The notes under the pieces were generated by a model, which had not been told where the DNA came from, did not search any database, and saw only the letters and a program-made list of their open reading frames with translations. Positions 19,324 to 29,523 of a DNA stretch of 64,000 nt are shown piece by piece. The DNA comes from Candidatus Uhrbacteria bacterium (GTDB lineage Bacteria; Patescibacteriota; Patescibacteriia; UBA9934): assembly GCA_018664485.1 (NCBI GenBank), contig JABJOE010000005.1, forward strand, positions 15,581 through 79,580, read 5' to 3'. Made by a program: the position numbers and the translations under genes. Position 1 is the first letter of the stretch; every line of letters starts with the position of its first letter.

Positions 19324-19350
19324 CAAAGACCTCCGGAAGGGGGTCTTTTG
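19324..19350 (+). terminator. Intrinsic terminator
   Basis: CAAAGACCTCC-GGAA-GGGGGTCTTTTG. Confidence 0.75.
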
Positions 19351-19352
19351 CG

Positions 19353-19381
19353 TTGACAAAAGGGTGTTTTTGTGGTAGTAT
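19353..19381 (+). promoter_or_regulatory. sigma70-type promoter of ORF 19429
   Basis: TTGACA-17 nt-TAGTAT with extended TG. Confidence 0.75.
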
Positions 19382-19428
19382 TTTCCGTCCGATCACTAGC
19401 GTCTTTGCTATATCGACAAAGGAGGCTC

Positions 19429-19881
19429 ATGCCTACTGACGACCTGAAGCCCGGTGGCTGTGACCCAGCCTCGCCTGAGATGCAGGCGGACACGGGGCCC
19501 GTTGTGCCCGTGAAGCTCACGGAGGATGGAGAGCTATCTCCCGTTATCTTCACCAACCACAGTCCTCGTGTGAAGTGCACTGGAGTAGAGCCTGACGGAG
19601 ACTGCGAGGTCATTGACGGCGAAGCCGCCAAGGATCACGAAGTCTGGGATCTGGTTGCTGATGGGACCTGGAGCCCGAATCCTGTCGACCCAAATATCTG
19701 GGATTCGGATGCTACCGACACACCCGGAGGCGAGCCTGCAGTTGAGCAGCTTCGCCGACATGTCGGTACTGAATTTCACCAGATCCCGGAAGTTCCCGCA
19801 GCACCGACGCTCTACGCAGTTACAGACATCGATCACAACGATCCAGACGACCTCATTCAAGAGACTCTTGATCGGCGCTGA
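19429..19881 (+). CDS. Hypothetical acidic orphan protein (150 aa)
   Basis: AAGGAGG SD before ATG 19429; Asp/Pro-rich. Confidence 0.7.
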   Translation: MPTDDLKPGGCDPASPEMQADTGPVVPVKLTEDGELSPVIFTNHSPRVKCTGVEPDGDCEVIDGEAAKDHEVWDLVADGTWSPNPVDPNIWDSDATDTPGGEPAVEQLRRHVGTEFHQIPEVPAAPTLYAVTDIDHNDPDDLIQETLDRR

Positions 19882-19989
19882 GCGACCCACCGACCACCCC
19901 GTCGTAGACCCTTGTGCGCATAGCGTATGAGGGTCTTCCGCATTTAGGCTATACCCGTCAGTATTGTTAGGTTTAGCCTCTGTGGTAAT

Positions 19990-21192
19990 ATGCGAACGAT
20001 GAAATTGATCAAAAACCTTTTTACCCTCTTTATCCTGGCGTGCTTAACGTTTGTCGCTTATCAGGCGTGGAGCGAGCGATCGGGAGCTAAGGCAATCGAA
20101 GTCGAATCTGTAGACGACCTGATCGGTGCTATACTCGACATTCGAGCAGAGCAAACGATTGAGGTCGGTGATATAGACTTTGGAGATGATACGCAGCTTA
20201 ATGTGCTGCTTTTAGGTTTGGATGAGCGAAAGGAGGAGACAGAACTTGAGGATGCGCATTGCGATGCGATTCACATGTTTACACTCGACATTAAATATTG
20301 GACGATAATGATCACATCGGTTCCACGTGGTACAGGTGTTTACATCCCTGGAGGTCCATATGCTGAGACGGATTACTATCTAGCAAATGCATGTGCGTTT
20401 GCAGGACTGGATTATGGAGTGGAGCAGATCGAGCAGATCATCGGTGTAAAAGCTGACTACGTCGCGACTGTTGGGTTCTCACAGACATACGGAATTCTAC
20501 GTTTGCTAAATCTTCCAACGAGCGAGAGCTTACAATGGTTACGTCATCGTCAGAGCTATCAGATTGGAGAGCCTCAGCGGGTCGCGAACCAGGCGACATT
20601 TATAAAAGATATTATTGTAAGTCACATTAGTACATTTGAGAGTGATATTACTTTGCCGCTGCAGTACGTATTGTATTCGTTCGTTGATACCGATATGTCG
20701 TTTGCGGTTGCTCACACGTTACTTGAGGGATTTATAAATTCATCAATTGATGAGCGGCCTGATGATATCCAGACTCAATTGCGACCATATTATCCGACTC
20801 AGGAGCTGCATTTTGATTTGGAGAATTATGACGAGCAACTAGCCTCTATCGTTGAATATCTTCGACCTTATTTATCTGATGAAGACTTGTCCGAAATTCC
20901 ACTTGAACAGATCCAAACATATCTAGTCGACTTTATATTCGAGCAGATTGAGCTAGAGGACGATCTGACGGACATTCTAGACAAACAGCTTTGGTTGCAG
21001 GTTGATAGTGATTCGCAACGGGAGGAAGTTCATTACTCGGTGATTGAGCAGTATGCACGCCAAGCGCTCAGTGATGGAGATCAAAATACGGCTGTGAAGA
21101 TTGTGACAGATTATATTTTAGAAAAAGAGCTGTTGGAAATTGGTGATTGGGAAGATAGAGGGCGTGAATTATTGTCGGAGGTTTTGAAATAG
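19990..21192 (+). CDS. LytR-CpsA-Psr (LCP) family protein
   Basis: N-terminal TM, LNVLLLGLD, CDAI, ITSVPR, R..NQ. Confidence 0.8.
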   Translation: MRTMKLIKNLFTLFILACLTFVAYQAWSERSGAKAIEVESVDDLIGAILDIRAEQTIEVGDIDFGDDTQLNVLLLGLDERKEETELEDAHCDAIHMFTLDIKYWTIMITSVPRGTGVYIPGGPYAETDYYLANACAFAGLDYGVEQIEQIIGVKADYVATVGFSQTYGILRLLNLPTSESLQWLRHRQSYQIGEPQRVANQATFIKDIIVSHISTFESDITLPLQYVLYSFVDTDMSFAVAHTLLEGFINSSIDERPDDIQTQLRPYYPTQELHFDLENYDEQLASIVEYLRPYLSDEDLSEIPLEQIQTYLVDFIFEQIELEDDLTDILDKQLWLQVDSDSQREEVHYSVIEQYARQALSDGDQNTAVKIVTDYILEKELLEIGDWEDRGRELLSEVLK

Positions 21193-21194
21193 CG

Positions 21195-21215
21195 ATACGC
21201 AACCGGGTTGCGTAT
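21195..21215. repeat. 21-nt hairpin ATACGCAACCGGGTTGCGTAT (identical copy at 42645-42665)
   Basis: Exact match at two loci. Confidence 0.85.
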
Positions 21216-21271
21216 TTTTGTTGTGATCAGGCTATGTTTTGTAGTTTTTAGGCGTGGTATACTTCTGTCAT

Positions 21272-22135
21272 ATGAAAGTTTTAAAGGCAAATGGAAAGTG
21301 GGTTGAATTTGATGAGAGTAAAGCTCGCACAAGTATTTTGCGTACCGGTGTAGACGACGCAGAAGCTAGTTCTGTTTTAAAGGTTCTTAAGTCCCGCATG
21401 AAGAGTGGGATGTCGACCAAAGAGGTGTATGCCATTATTCATCAGGAATTAAAAAAGGTAAGCGTTTGTTTCTCTTGCCGCTACAGTCTTCGTGATGCAT
21501 TACAAAAATTGGGGCCAGCAGGATACAAGTTTGAAAAGTATGTTGCATCGATTTTGCGAGCTCATAAATACGACGCTTACGTTCCGGATCAGGATTTGGA
21601 AGGTTCCTGCGTTGATCATGAAGTGGATGTTATTGCAGAAAAAGATGGGAGAAAGATTTTTATTGAAGCAAAATTCCGTAACAACAATCGTAACTACGTG
21701 AATTTAAAAGACACGATGGCTACGTGGTCACGGTTCTTGGATCTCGTCGATGGGGCCGCTGTCGGTAAATGTGTGCACTTTGACGAGTGTTGGATCGTTA
21801 CAAATGCGCGTTTCTCAGATCGTGCTCGCACATTTGGAGTCTGCAAGGGTATCCACATGATAGGTTGGAGCTTTCCACCAGAAAGGTCATTTCAGAAAAT
21901 GGTTGATATTGTATCTCTGTACCCTGTAACCGTTCTAGATTCGATAACACAAAAAGAGCTCGAGGCTCTTTCTCATCAGAGACTGATGCTTTGTAAGGAG
22001 GTTGTAGAAGTTGATTCAGTGGACTTGGCACAAAGGTTAGACGTATCTAATAGTCGTGCCACGGAGTTGATAGGTCAATGTGTTACCGTCATTGAAGGCG
22101 GTAGTAAAAGTAAGAAAAAAAGAACCGGCCGTTAA
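21272..22135 (+). CDS. ATP-cone domain fused to an Mrr-like PD-(D/E)XK endonuclease
   Basis: VLKANG...FDESK ATP-cone start; GYKFEKYVA, HEVDVIA...IEAK. Confidence 0.85.
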   Translation: MKVLKANGKWVEFDESKARTSILRTGVDDAEASSVLKVLKSRMKSGMSTKEVYAIIHQELKKVSVCFSCRYSLRDALQKLGPAGYKFEKYVASILRAHKYDAYVPDQDLEGSCVDHEVDVIAEKDGRKIFIEAKFRNNNRNYVNLKDTMATWSRFLDLVDGAAVGKCVHFDECWIVTNARFSDRARTFGVCKGIHMIGWSFPPERSFQKMVDIVSLYPVTVLDSITQKELEALSHQRLMLCKEVVEVDSVDLAQRLDVSNSRATELIGQCVTVIEGGSKSKKKRTGR

Positions 22136-22146
22136 GGCCGATTTTT

Positions 22147-22374
22147 TTACTTCATTTCTCGTAGGTCGTATTTCTTTCCTTTGCTCAACCACTTTGCTAG
22201 CGTTCGTAGACCTCGAGTTGAGATTCGTACTCGCTCCATTTTACCGGTTGCGGGGTTAAGAAGATTACGCCATTGCAGATTTGGCATCTGGCGGCGTTTT
22301 GTTTTTGTTTTGGAATGGCTGACGTTATTACCCGTCAACGGCTTTTTTCCTGTAAATTTGCAGACCTTTGCCAT
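22147..22374 (-). CDS. rpmB: 50S ribosomal protein L28
   Basis: MAKVCKFTGKKPLTGNNVSHSKTKTKRRQMPNLQ. Confidence 0.96.
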   Translation of the reverse strand: MAKVCKFTGKKPLTGNNVSHSKTKTKRRQMPNLQWRNLLNPATGKMERVRISTRGLRTLAKWLSKGKKYDLREMK

Positions 22375-22448
22375 ATGAAAATCACTAAATAACGGTGGAA
22401 GTGTAGTGAAAATCGCGAAAAATGTCAAGGTGATAGGGGGGTAACCCC

Positions 22449-23837
22449 TTAAATAACAAGGGGAAGTGGATGGATTGTATTGGGTCGTCCTAATAGAATA
22501 TCGGCAATTCTATAGGTTCCATGCGTAGGAGCCTCTACAAAACCATGCCAGGCCATTCGAGCGAGAGCACCGCTTTCTACCCAGTCAAACAGCCATTCAT
22601 TTGCAAAACGGGGGTCGAGCTGGTCAACGCCACCACCAATTTGCATTAGCCACTGTCTGTTGAAGTCTTCCTGAGATCCTACGGGTGGAGCCATGATAAT
22701 CGGAATCCCAAGGCCTGTGTAGAACGAAATTTCTGACGGTTTAGTCCAGATGATGTCTACTTCGCGTACTAGTTTTTCGAATGCTTTAAAATAAGCTTCT
22801 CGAGAAGGTTCAAGCATTATTTTTACCTGACCTTTCTTAAGCGCTGCGCCAAGTCCCATTTTCTGCAACTCATTTGTGAAGTAGTCGGCAACTTCCTGTC
22901 TGGAACCTGCAACTAGAGTTATAACTATTTTGTTTTGGCGTATTTCTTTTTTTAGACTTTTAACTGCAGCTATTCCAATTTCTCGTTGAGCGCCTGCACC
23001 ACCAACCATAAAAGCGAGTGAGATCGCGCGGGACCTTTTCTTTTTAACTATTGAGCAATAGCTTTTACCAAGATGTGACGAAAGCATTTTTTGTGAGTGA
23101 TCCATAAAGACGCCGTTTGGATCTAAGTGACATATGCGTCTTGCAAGATCTTTTTTGATCGTTGTTGAGTCAGGGCCGCCGATTGCGCTCATTGGGAGCG
23201 GGAATCCTGTAAGTTCTATTCGTTCTTCGGGAACACCGTATAGTTTTAGGCGTTCTTTTACGCGACCGCTTGGTGCGAGGTATTTAATGCGGCTACGCTT
23301 TGGATGCATTGGTGCCCATGTGCGGCTGATGTCTGAATCAGTTGCTAAAACATAAATATCTTCTGGGTAACCATATTCTTCAGCTGCAAAAGCTGGTGTC
23401 ATAAATGTACACAGAAGTGGCTTCGGATTTTTTGATAATTCAGAGACAAGATGACGCATGAAGTTGCGTTTGTGTATCAATGCGTAGAATTGCATGAGTT
23501 GTAGACTTGGTCGTGATAGGTCACGGCGAGGATAGAATGAAGGAATCCGTTGCATCTCATCCATCACATGAAAAACTGCCTGGCCTATGACAGGAACTTT
23601 TTTGAATCTTGAAATTCGTTCGTAGATTTTACGACCACTTTCCCAAAGCTTTCGGTCGGATTCTGGAATGCCGTCGTAATCGTTTGCAATTACGATCTGT
23701 TTTTTTACTGAAAAATCGCGCATCGAAAAAGCAGGTCGCTCATGACCATATCCCATGTTTACAGCAACGATATATGCTAAATCAGAAAACTGTTTTTTTA
23801 GTTCTACTGACGATGATTTCGAAGAGCGTGATGTCAT
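22449..23837 (-). CDS. Conserved hypothetical protein, glycosyltransferase (GT-B)-like
   Basis: NMGYGHER, MVGGAG, WTKPSE...GIPII...QE..N resemble MGDG-synthase/UgtP-like motifs. Confidence 0.7.
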   Translation of the reverse strand: MTSRSSKSSSVELKKQFSDLAYIVAVNMGYGHERPAFSMRDFSVKKQIVIANDYDGIPESDRKLWESGRKIYERISRFKKVPVIGQAVFHVMDEMQRIPSFYPRRDLSRPSLQLMQFYALIHKRNFMRHLVSELSKNPKPLLCTFMTPAFAAEEYGYPEDIYVLATDSDISRTWAPMHPKRSRIKYLAPSGRVKERLKLYGVPEERIELTGFPLPMSAIGGPDSTTIKKDLARRICHLDPNGVFMDHSQKMLSSHLGKSYCSIVKKKRSRAISLAFMVGGAGAQREIGIAAVKSLKKEIRQNKIVITLVAGSRQEVADYFTNELQKMGLGAALKKGQVKIMLEPSREAYFKAFEKLVREVDIIWTKPSEISFYTGLGIPIIMAPPVGSQEDFNRQWLMQIGGGVDQLDPRFANEWLFDWVESGALARMAWHGFVEAPTHGTYRIADILLGRPNTIHPLPLVI

Positions 23838-24025
23838 ATCCCCCTGTTTAATAGCTGCATTATATCAGGTCTTGACAAAACGTGCATATATTGATTATAT
23901 GAGAGGCCGTTTAGTGGATTTTTGCAATGCTGCGGAGACCCATCTGAGCCATTAGGCTTAACGGATAGTTCCTTAAACTCCGTTCCATGCGGAGAAAACA
24001 GTCCCGCGTGGACAGTGAGGTTGCT

Positions 24026-25000
24026 ATGAGCTCAAGTGATGGCTCTGAATCTGGTGACAGAGGATCGTGGGTGCCGAAGAGCAAAGGACGCGGCCTGACG
24101 GTCGTTCAGGCAGTCGACGATGCTGGCGATGGGCAGAGCTTTGAACAGCTCAGTCAAGAGATGGGTGATGACGACGATAGTCAGCATCCCGATTCAGGAA
24201 GTGATCCTGCTTCCTGGGCGGATTACGAGCCCAAGTCGCGGTGGAGCACGAAAGCCATCTTCTTCGCTGGCGCGATGTTCCCGATTTTGATCGCGTTGAT
24301 CTGTGCCACCGCCTACTTCGGGCACGGAGAGTACAAGGCCTGGGAGGCAAGGCAGCCGCCAGATCTCTTCGGCCTCAAAAGCCCCGATGCAATCGCCGGT
24401 GACAGCATCGGTTATTCTCAGGTCGTCACCTACGACAACCCTGATGGTAGCGTCGAGTGGACTGATGATCCTGCAGAGGCTCTCGTACCCACCGTGACGC
24501 GCGAAGTCATCGTGGTCCGTGGATCTGAGTTGGTCATCTGCAGTCAAGAGTTGGACGACAATCCCAGCGCTGACGACTGCAAGACCATCCACATGGGCTG
24601 GCATTGGCTCCATACCCTGAAGGATCAGGAAGCCTGGCCTGCGGTCAATCAGTCGGATCTCGCAATCTGCGACGCCGGCAAGTTGATCGGATGGTCAATG
24701 GGTGGTGCTACTGACGGTCTCGCGACAGTCATGACGATCGGTACGGACGGTGTAGCAACGACCGTGATCACTCAAGTGAAGGGTGGCGCATACTATTGTG
24801 TGATGCCGATCGCTGGGAATGACAAGTCTCATCGGTTGGTTGCCCGTTGGTACCCGCCACTTGAGGATCGTCCGACGCCCGAGAAGGTCGTTGGCAAGGA
24901 CGGATCTTCCGTCGATGCTCCTCTCGCATTCACAGAGCACGTGTACGCCGAGGAGTTCGTCCTCAAGATCTATCGTGGCGTGCAGAAGACTGACAAGTGA
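24026..25000 (+). CDS. Hypothetical single-TM orphan protein
   Basis: GAGG SD before ATG 24026 (alternative start 23987); acidic N-terminus, TM segment, 3' hairpin GATAGGGGCCC/GGGTCCCTATC. Confidence 0.75.
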   Translation: MSSSDGSESGDRGSWVPKSKGRGLTVVQAVDDAGDGQSFEQLSQEMGDDDDSQHPDSGSDPASWADYEPKSRWSTKAIFFAGAMFPILIALICATAYFGHGEYKAWEARQPPDLFGLKSPDAIAGDSIGYSQVVTYDNPDGSVEWTDDPAEALVPTVTREVIVVRGSELVICSQELDDNPSADDCKTIHMGWHWLHTLKDQEAWPAVNQSDLAICDAGKLIGWSMGGATDGLATVMTIGTDGVATTVITQVKGGAYYCVMPIAGNDKSHRLVARWYPPLEDRPTPEKVVGKDGSSVDAPLAFTEHVYAEEFVLKIYRGVQKTDK

Positions 25001-25179
25001 ACGTCTCCCGTGATAGGGGCCCAATGAGCATATGCTCCGGGTCCCTATCTGTGCGTTTGGATAGTTTTCAAGTAAATATTCGTACTTTTGTTGCTTGAGC
25101 ACAGGCTCAGACTGAACGCTTTACGATATAGACAGTGACATGAGTTCAAAAAAGAATGATGTGATAAGATGTCCTCGCT

Positions 25180-27285
25180 ATGCGAGATTTTGTTTTATCC
25201 CCACAGAGTTCATCCAAGTTAGAGATTGATTATGAGAACGATCTCAATGATCAGCAGTTGGATGTTGTAAAAAATGGAGAAGGAAGAACGCTGGTTTTAG
25301 CCGGTGCCGGTTCTGGAAAAACGCGAACGATTACGTATCGTGTGGCCTGGATGTTAGAGCATGGCGTTGCACCTGAGAATATTCTTCTTTTAACGTTTAC
25401 CAACAAAGCGGCAAAGGAAATGATTAGTCGTTTGAGTGGATTATTGGGTCCTCGAGCACAGGGTGTTTGGGCTGGCACATTTCACTCGGTAGCAAACCGA
25501 TTGTTGCGTCGTTATGCCGACAAGCTTGGCTACGATTCACGATTTTCAATATTGGACCAAGATGATGCTCGCGAACTAGTTCGTTTATGTATCAAAGATC
25601 TGAAGATCGATACAAAAAACCGACGCTTTCCGTCACCGTCTGTTGTGCGTGGAATTATTTCATATCAACAAAACAAACAGGATTCTATAGCTGATGTTTT
25701 AGAAGACAGATACAATAAATTTTCTCCATTGCGTGGTGAGATAGATTCTGTTGCGGATTTATACAGGACATTGAAGATGACTCAGAATGTAATGGATTTC
25801 GATGATCTTCTTTTGAATTTCCGAAAACTTTTATCACAGGATGAAGAAGTTGGTAAGCAGTTGTCGTCGATGTTCCAATATGTTCTTGTAGATGAGTTTC
25901 AAGATACAAATAAAGTTCAATCACAAATTGTCGACTTGATTAGCCAGACACATAAGAATTTATTAGTTGTTGGTGATGATGCTCAGAGTATTTATTCTTT
26001 CCGAGCCGCAGAGATTGAAAACATTCTCGCATTTCCAAAACGTTACCCTGGCGCTAAAACTTTTCGTCTTACAAAAAATTATCGGTCCACGCCAGAGATT
26101 TTGGAAGTTGCAAACCAGGTTATTGCAAGGAACACGAATCAGTTTAAAAAAGAATTAGAAGCAGTTGGGCGGTCTGGTGCGCGTCCGTCACTTGTGCCAG
26201 CTGCAAACACCGGGCAGGAAGCTCAATTTATTGCCGATCAAGTTCTCCAGTTACGTGATCAGGGTGTTGAGTTGCGGGAGATGGCTGTTTTATTCCGCGC
26301 ATCGTTTCATTCGCAAGCTTTGGAGTTTGAGTTGATGAAGCGTGACATTCCGTATGAGTATCGGGGTGGTTTGAAGTTTTTTGAACGTGCGCATATTAAA
26401 GATGCTGTTGCGCATTTGCGGTTGATGAATAATGTTCGCGACATCATGGCTTGGATGCGTGCATTGCGTTTGCATCCTGGTATCGGCTTGGTAACGGCGC
26501 AGAAGATTGCGACATCTGCATCTGCTTGTCAGAATATTGAAGATGTATTGATGTTGCCTTTAAAGACTGGGAAACGCGCTGCTGCTGGTTGGCAAGGTTT
26601 CTTGCGGGTATTGCGTGAAATGTTAGAAGCTGGTGGGACGCCGTCTGAATTTATCCGAGGATTTGCCGGTAGTGAAGATTATCAGGATTATCTAGAGAAT
26701 GAATATCCAAACGCTTCAGAACGTAAAGAAGACTTGGAACAATTTGCAACATTCGCTGAGCAGACGGATGACATTGGTGAGTTTTTGGATTACGTTTCGC
26801 TTACCGCAGAGTATGGTGCAGAGCGGGGTGGAAAAGAAAAGGTCAATGAAGAACGAATGGTTCTTTCAACCGTTCACCAGTCAAAGGGGTTGGAGTGGGA
26901 TGCGGTGTTCGTTATGCATTTAAATGAAGGGTCGTTCCCGCATGGCCGCGCATTTTCAGAGAAAGGTGGTGTGCAAGAAGAGCGTAGGCTGTTTTATGTT
27001 GCTGCAACGCGAGCGCGTAAACATTTGTTTTTGACGTATCCACTTACCGCCGGTTACGACACGCTCGAGATGAAGCAGCCGTCTACATTTTTGGGAGAGA
27101 TTTCAAGTCATGCAACGGAAGAAGTTCGACTTCAGCGGTCAGGTTATCGTAGGCAACCTATGCGCCGTCCGACATCTTCATTTAGCGCATACGATGATGG
27201 GCCGACTATTGTATTAGATAAAGATGGGGAACGTGTATCAAAACCGTCACCAAGTTCTTTTTTGCGCGGAGTTGACGAGTTGTAG
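25180..27285 (+). CDS. UvrD/PcrA-family ATP-dependent DNA helicase
   Basis: AGAGSGKT, VDEFQD, GDDAQSIYSFR, NYRS, STVHQSKGLEW, EERRLFYVA. Confidence 0.96.
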   Translation: MRDFVLSPQSSSKLEIDYENDLNDQQLDVVKNGEGRTLVLAGAGSGKTRTITYRVAWMLEHGVAPENILLLTFTNKAAKEMISRLSGLLGPRAQGVWAGTFHSVANRLLRRYADKLGYDSRFSILDQDDARELVRLCIKDLKIDTKNRRFPSPSVVRGIISYQQNKQDSIADVLEDRYNKFSPLRGEIDSVADLYRTLKMTQNVMDFDDLLLNFRKLLSQDEEVGKQLSSMFQYVLVDEFQDTNKVQSQIVDLISQTHKNLLVVGDDAQSIYSFRAAEIENILAFPKRYPGAKTFRLTKNYRSTPEILEVANQVIARNTNQFKKELEAVGRSGARPSLVPAANTGQEAQFIADQVLQLRDQGVELREMAVLFRASFHSQALEFELMKRDIPYEYRGGLKFFERAHIKDAVAHLRLMNNVRDIMAWMRALRLHPGIGLVTAQKIATSASACQNIEDVLMLPLKTGKRAAAGWQGFLRVLREMLEAGGTPSEFIRGFAGSEDYQDYLENEYPNASERKEDLEQFATFAEQTDDIGEFLDYVSLTAEYGAERGGKEKVNEERMVLSTVHQSKGLEWDAVFVMHLNEGSFPHGRAFSEKGGVQEERRLFYVAATRARKHLFLTYPLTAGYDTLEMKQPSTFLGEISSHATEEVRLQRSGYRRQPMRRPTSSFSAYDDGPTIVLDKDGERVSKPSPSSFLRGVDEL

Positions 27286-27397
27286 TGAGGTTTACTCTTT
27301 GGTTACAGGTTTTAAGTATTAGGTTTTAGTGCAAATACCCAGGTTCTAGTACCTGGCACTATAAAAAAGAAGCAGTCTGCATATTATACGATTACAA

Positions 27398-27437
27398 TTA
27401 GTAAACATTTGTGGCGATCGCCACAAATGTTTACTAA
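27398..27437. repeat. Perfect 40-bp palindrome
   Basis: TTAGTAAACATTTGTGGCGA|TCGCCACAAATGTTTACTAA. Confidence 0.95.
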
Positions 27438-27475
27438 GGATGCTATTAAAAGATTCGGGTAGATGATATAAATTT

Positions 27476-28057
27476 ATGAAATATATAAAAAACAGATCAA
27501 ATTTTTCAAAACCAAAACCATCAAAAAAACCGCGAGTGGTTTTATTTGTTGGAATTATTTTAGTAGTTGTAGTTTTTGTTTTTATTTTTTCCGGTGGTGA
27601 TGATGAAGTTGCGCAAGATTTAGTTGTACAAGATGAAAATGTCGCAGAAGAAGTTGAAGATGAGGTTGCGCGTGAAGTAGAAATTGTCGATGCTGCATTG
27701 TGGACGCAAGAAGTTGTACTCGTTGACGTTGAGGGAGCTTCCGGATCTGGTATTGCTCGTCGAGGTGTTTCGGGCGACTTGTTTACTCATGTTGTTGTCG
27801 CAACATTGCCCGCAATTGAAACAGAGTTTTATTTTTATGAAGGATGGTTGGTAAAACCTGGTGTAGTCGAATTCTTCTCAACTGGCGAGATGTTCGCGCG
27901 CGAAGATGGTAAGTGGGGATTGGTATGGGAGGTGAATGTTGACTCGGCTTCCGATGATTTATTTGACTACAGTAAAGTCGTTATAACTCGCGAGCCAAGA
28001 GACGATGACGAAGCGCCGTCACCAGATCATGTTATAGAGGGACAGTTTTCAGAATAG
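27476..28057 (+). CDS. Membrane-anchored protein with an RskA-like C-terminal domain
   Basis: Basic N-terminus, TM segment, FYEGWLV, VVITREP..D..P. Confidence 0.7.
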   Translation: MKYIKNRSNFSKPKPSKKPRVVLFVGIILVVVVFVFIFSGGDDEVAQDLVVQDENVAEEVEDEVAREVEIVDAALWTQEVVLVDVEGASGSGIARRGVSGDLFTHVVVATLPAIETEFYFYEGWLVKPGVVEFFSTGEMFAREDGKWGLVWEVNVDSASDDLFDYSKVVITREPRDDDEAPSPDHVIEGQFSE

Positions 28058-28106
28058 TTAACCTGTAGAAAATTTCTGACTAGGCGGTAAGATAATTTAA
28101 ATCGTC

Positions 28107-28138
28107 AGAGACTTAGTAACTTAATGACTTAACGACTA
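28107..28138 (+). repeat. Degenerate 8-mer tandem array (AACGACTT-type)
   Basis: AGAGACTT AGTAACTT AATGACTT AACGACTA. Confidence 0.7.
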
Positions 28139-28239
28139 AATCGGTGTTAGCCCTAGCTGTCAGTGGGAAGTTAAGGGCTAGTGGATCTCAGTATAAACGC
28201 CTTGACGTAGGGCGGGATAGCGTTACAATTATGCCTATT

Positions 28240-29523
28240 ATGAATATTTGTGTAATTGGAACAGGATACGTTGGACTGGTTGGCGGGGCGTGTTTGGCCG
28301 ATCGTGGTCATAAAGTCACATGCGTTGATATAGATACTGACAAGATAGCTCGCCTCTTGAAGGGTGAGTTGCCTATTTTTGAGCCAGGACTAGACGAAAT
28401 TGTTGCAAGAAACATGAAAGAAGGTCGGTTAATATGTACTACTTCATATAAGGAGGGCGCAAAGGATGCAGAAATCTTCTTTATTACAGTGGGAACTCCT
28501 CCAAAAGAAAACGGGGAAGCGGATCTTCAGTATGTGTATAAGGTGGCTGAGCAGATTGGTCAGCATATGAATGGATACGCCGTGGTTGTTGGAAAGAGTA
28601 CAGTTCCCGTTGGAACGAATCGGCGCGTAAAGGAGATCATTGCAGAGCAGTACAGCGGAGAGTTTGATATCGCCAGCAATCCAGAATTTTTAAGAGAGGG
28701 GTCGGCAGTTGATGATTTTATGAATCCGGACAGAATTGTTGTTGGAGTTGAAGCGGATCGTGCAAAAAAAGAAATGGAAAAAGTTTATGAAAGTTTTGAA
28801 TGTCCAAAGTTATTTCTAGACATAGAATCTGCCGAGATGGTGAAGTATGCATCCAATGCATTTTTAGCGACAAAGATTTCGTTTATTAACGAGATTGCAA
28901 ATGTGTGTGAGCAAGTTGGTGCGTCAGTTGATAATGTTGCGAAAGGTATGGGACTCGACGCGCGCATTGGTCCGCATTTTCTTCAAGCGGGAATTGGATA
29001 CGGTGGTTCGTGTTTTCCAAAGGATGTTCGCGCACTTGCGCAAACTGCGGGGACTAACGGATATGATTTTAAATTACTACGGAGTGTAATTGATGTAAAT
29101 CAACATCAGCAGTTGCATTTCTTGGAACGCATGCGCAAGCAGCTTGGTGGGTTCGCTTCAAAAACCATTGGAGTTTGGGGGCTGGCATTTAAACCTAATA
29201 CAGATGATATCCGCGAATCTGTAGCGCTTGAGATGATAGAGCAAATTATTAAAGAAGGTGGTTTGGTTCAGGCTTATGACCCAAGGGCGATAGAAAATGT
29301 GAAAAAAGAAGCTCCTCAAGTGACCTGTGTTGATTCGGCGCAGTGTGCAGCTCACGGTGCAGACGCTCTTTTGATTGCAACGCAATGGGATGAGTTCAAT
29401 ATTGTTGATTTATCGCAAGTAAAAGCGAATATGCGAGGGGATATTATTTTTGATGGGCGAAATATGCTCGATCCAGATTTTGTGCGTAAGCAAGGTTTTA
29501 TATATTTCAGTATTGGAAGATAG
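28240..29523 (+). CDS. ugd: UDP-glucose 6-dehydrogenase
   Basis: ICVIGTGYVG, NPEFLREG, GYGGSCFPKD, GLAFKPNTDDIRES; start 28231 or 28240. Confidence 0.96.
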   Translation: MNICVIGTGYVGLVGGACLADRGHKVTCVDIDTDKIARLLKGELPIFEPGLDEIVARNMKEGRLICTTSYKEGAKDAEIFFITVGTPPKENGEADLQYVYKVAEQIGQHMNGYAVVVGKSTVPVGTNRRVKEIIAEQYSGEFDIASNPEFLREGSAVDDFMNPDRIVVGVEADRAKKEMEKVYESFECPKLFLDIESAEMVKYASNAFLATKISFINEIANVCEQVGASVDNVAKGMGLDARIGPHFLQAGIGYGGSCFPKDVRALAQTAGTNGYDFKLLRSVIDVNQHQQLHFLERMRKQLGGFASKTIGVWGLAFKPNTDDIRESVALEMIEQIIKEGGLVQAYDPRAIENVKKEAPQVTCVDSAQCAAHGADALLIATQWDEFNIVDLSQVKANMRGDIIFDGRNMLDPDFVRKQGFIYFSIGR

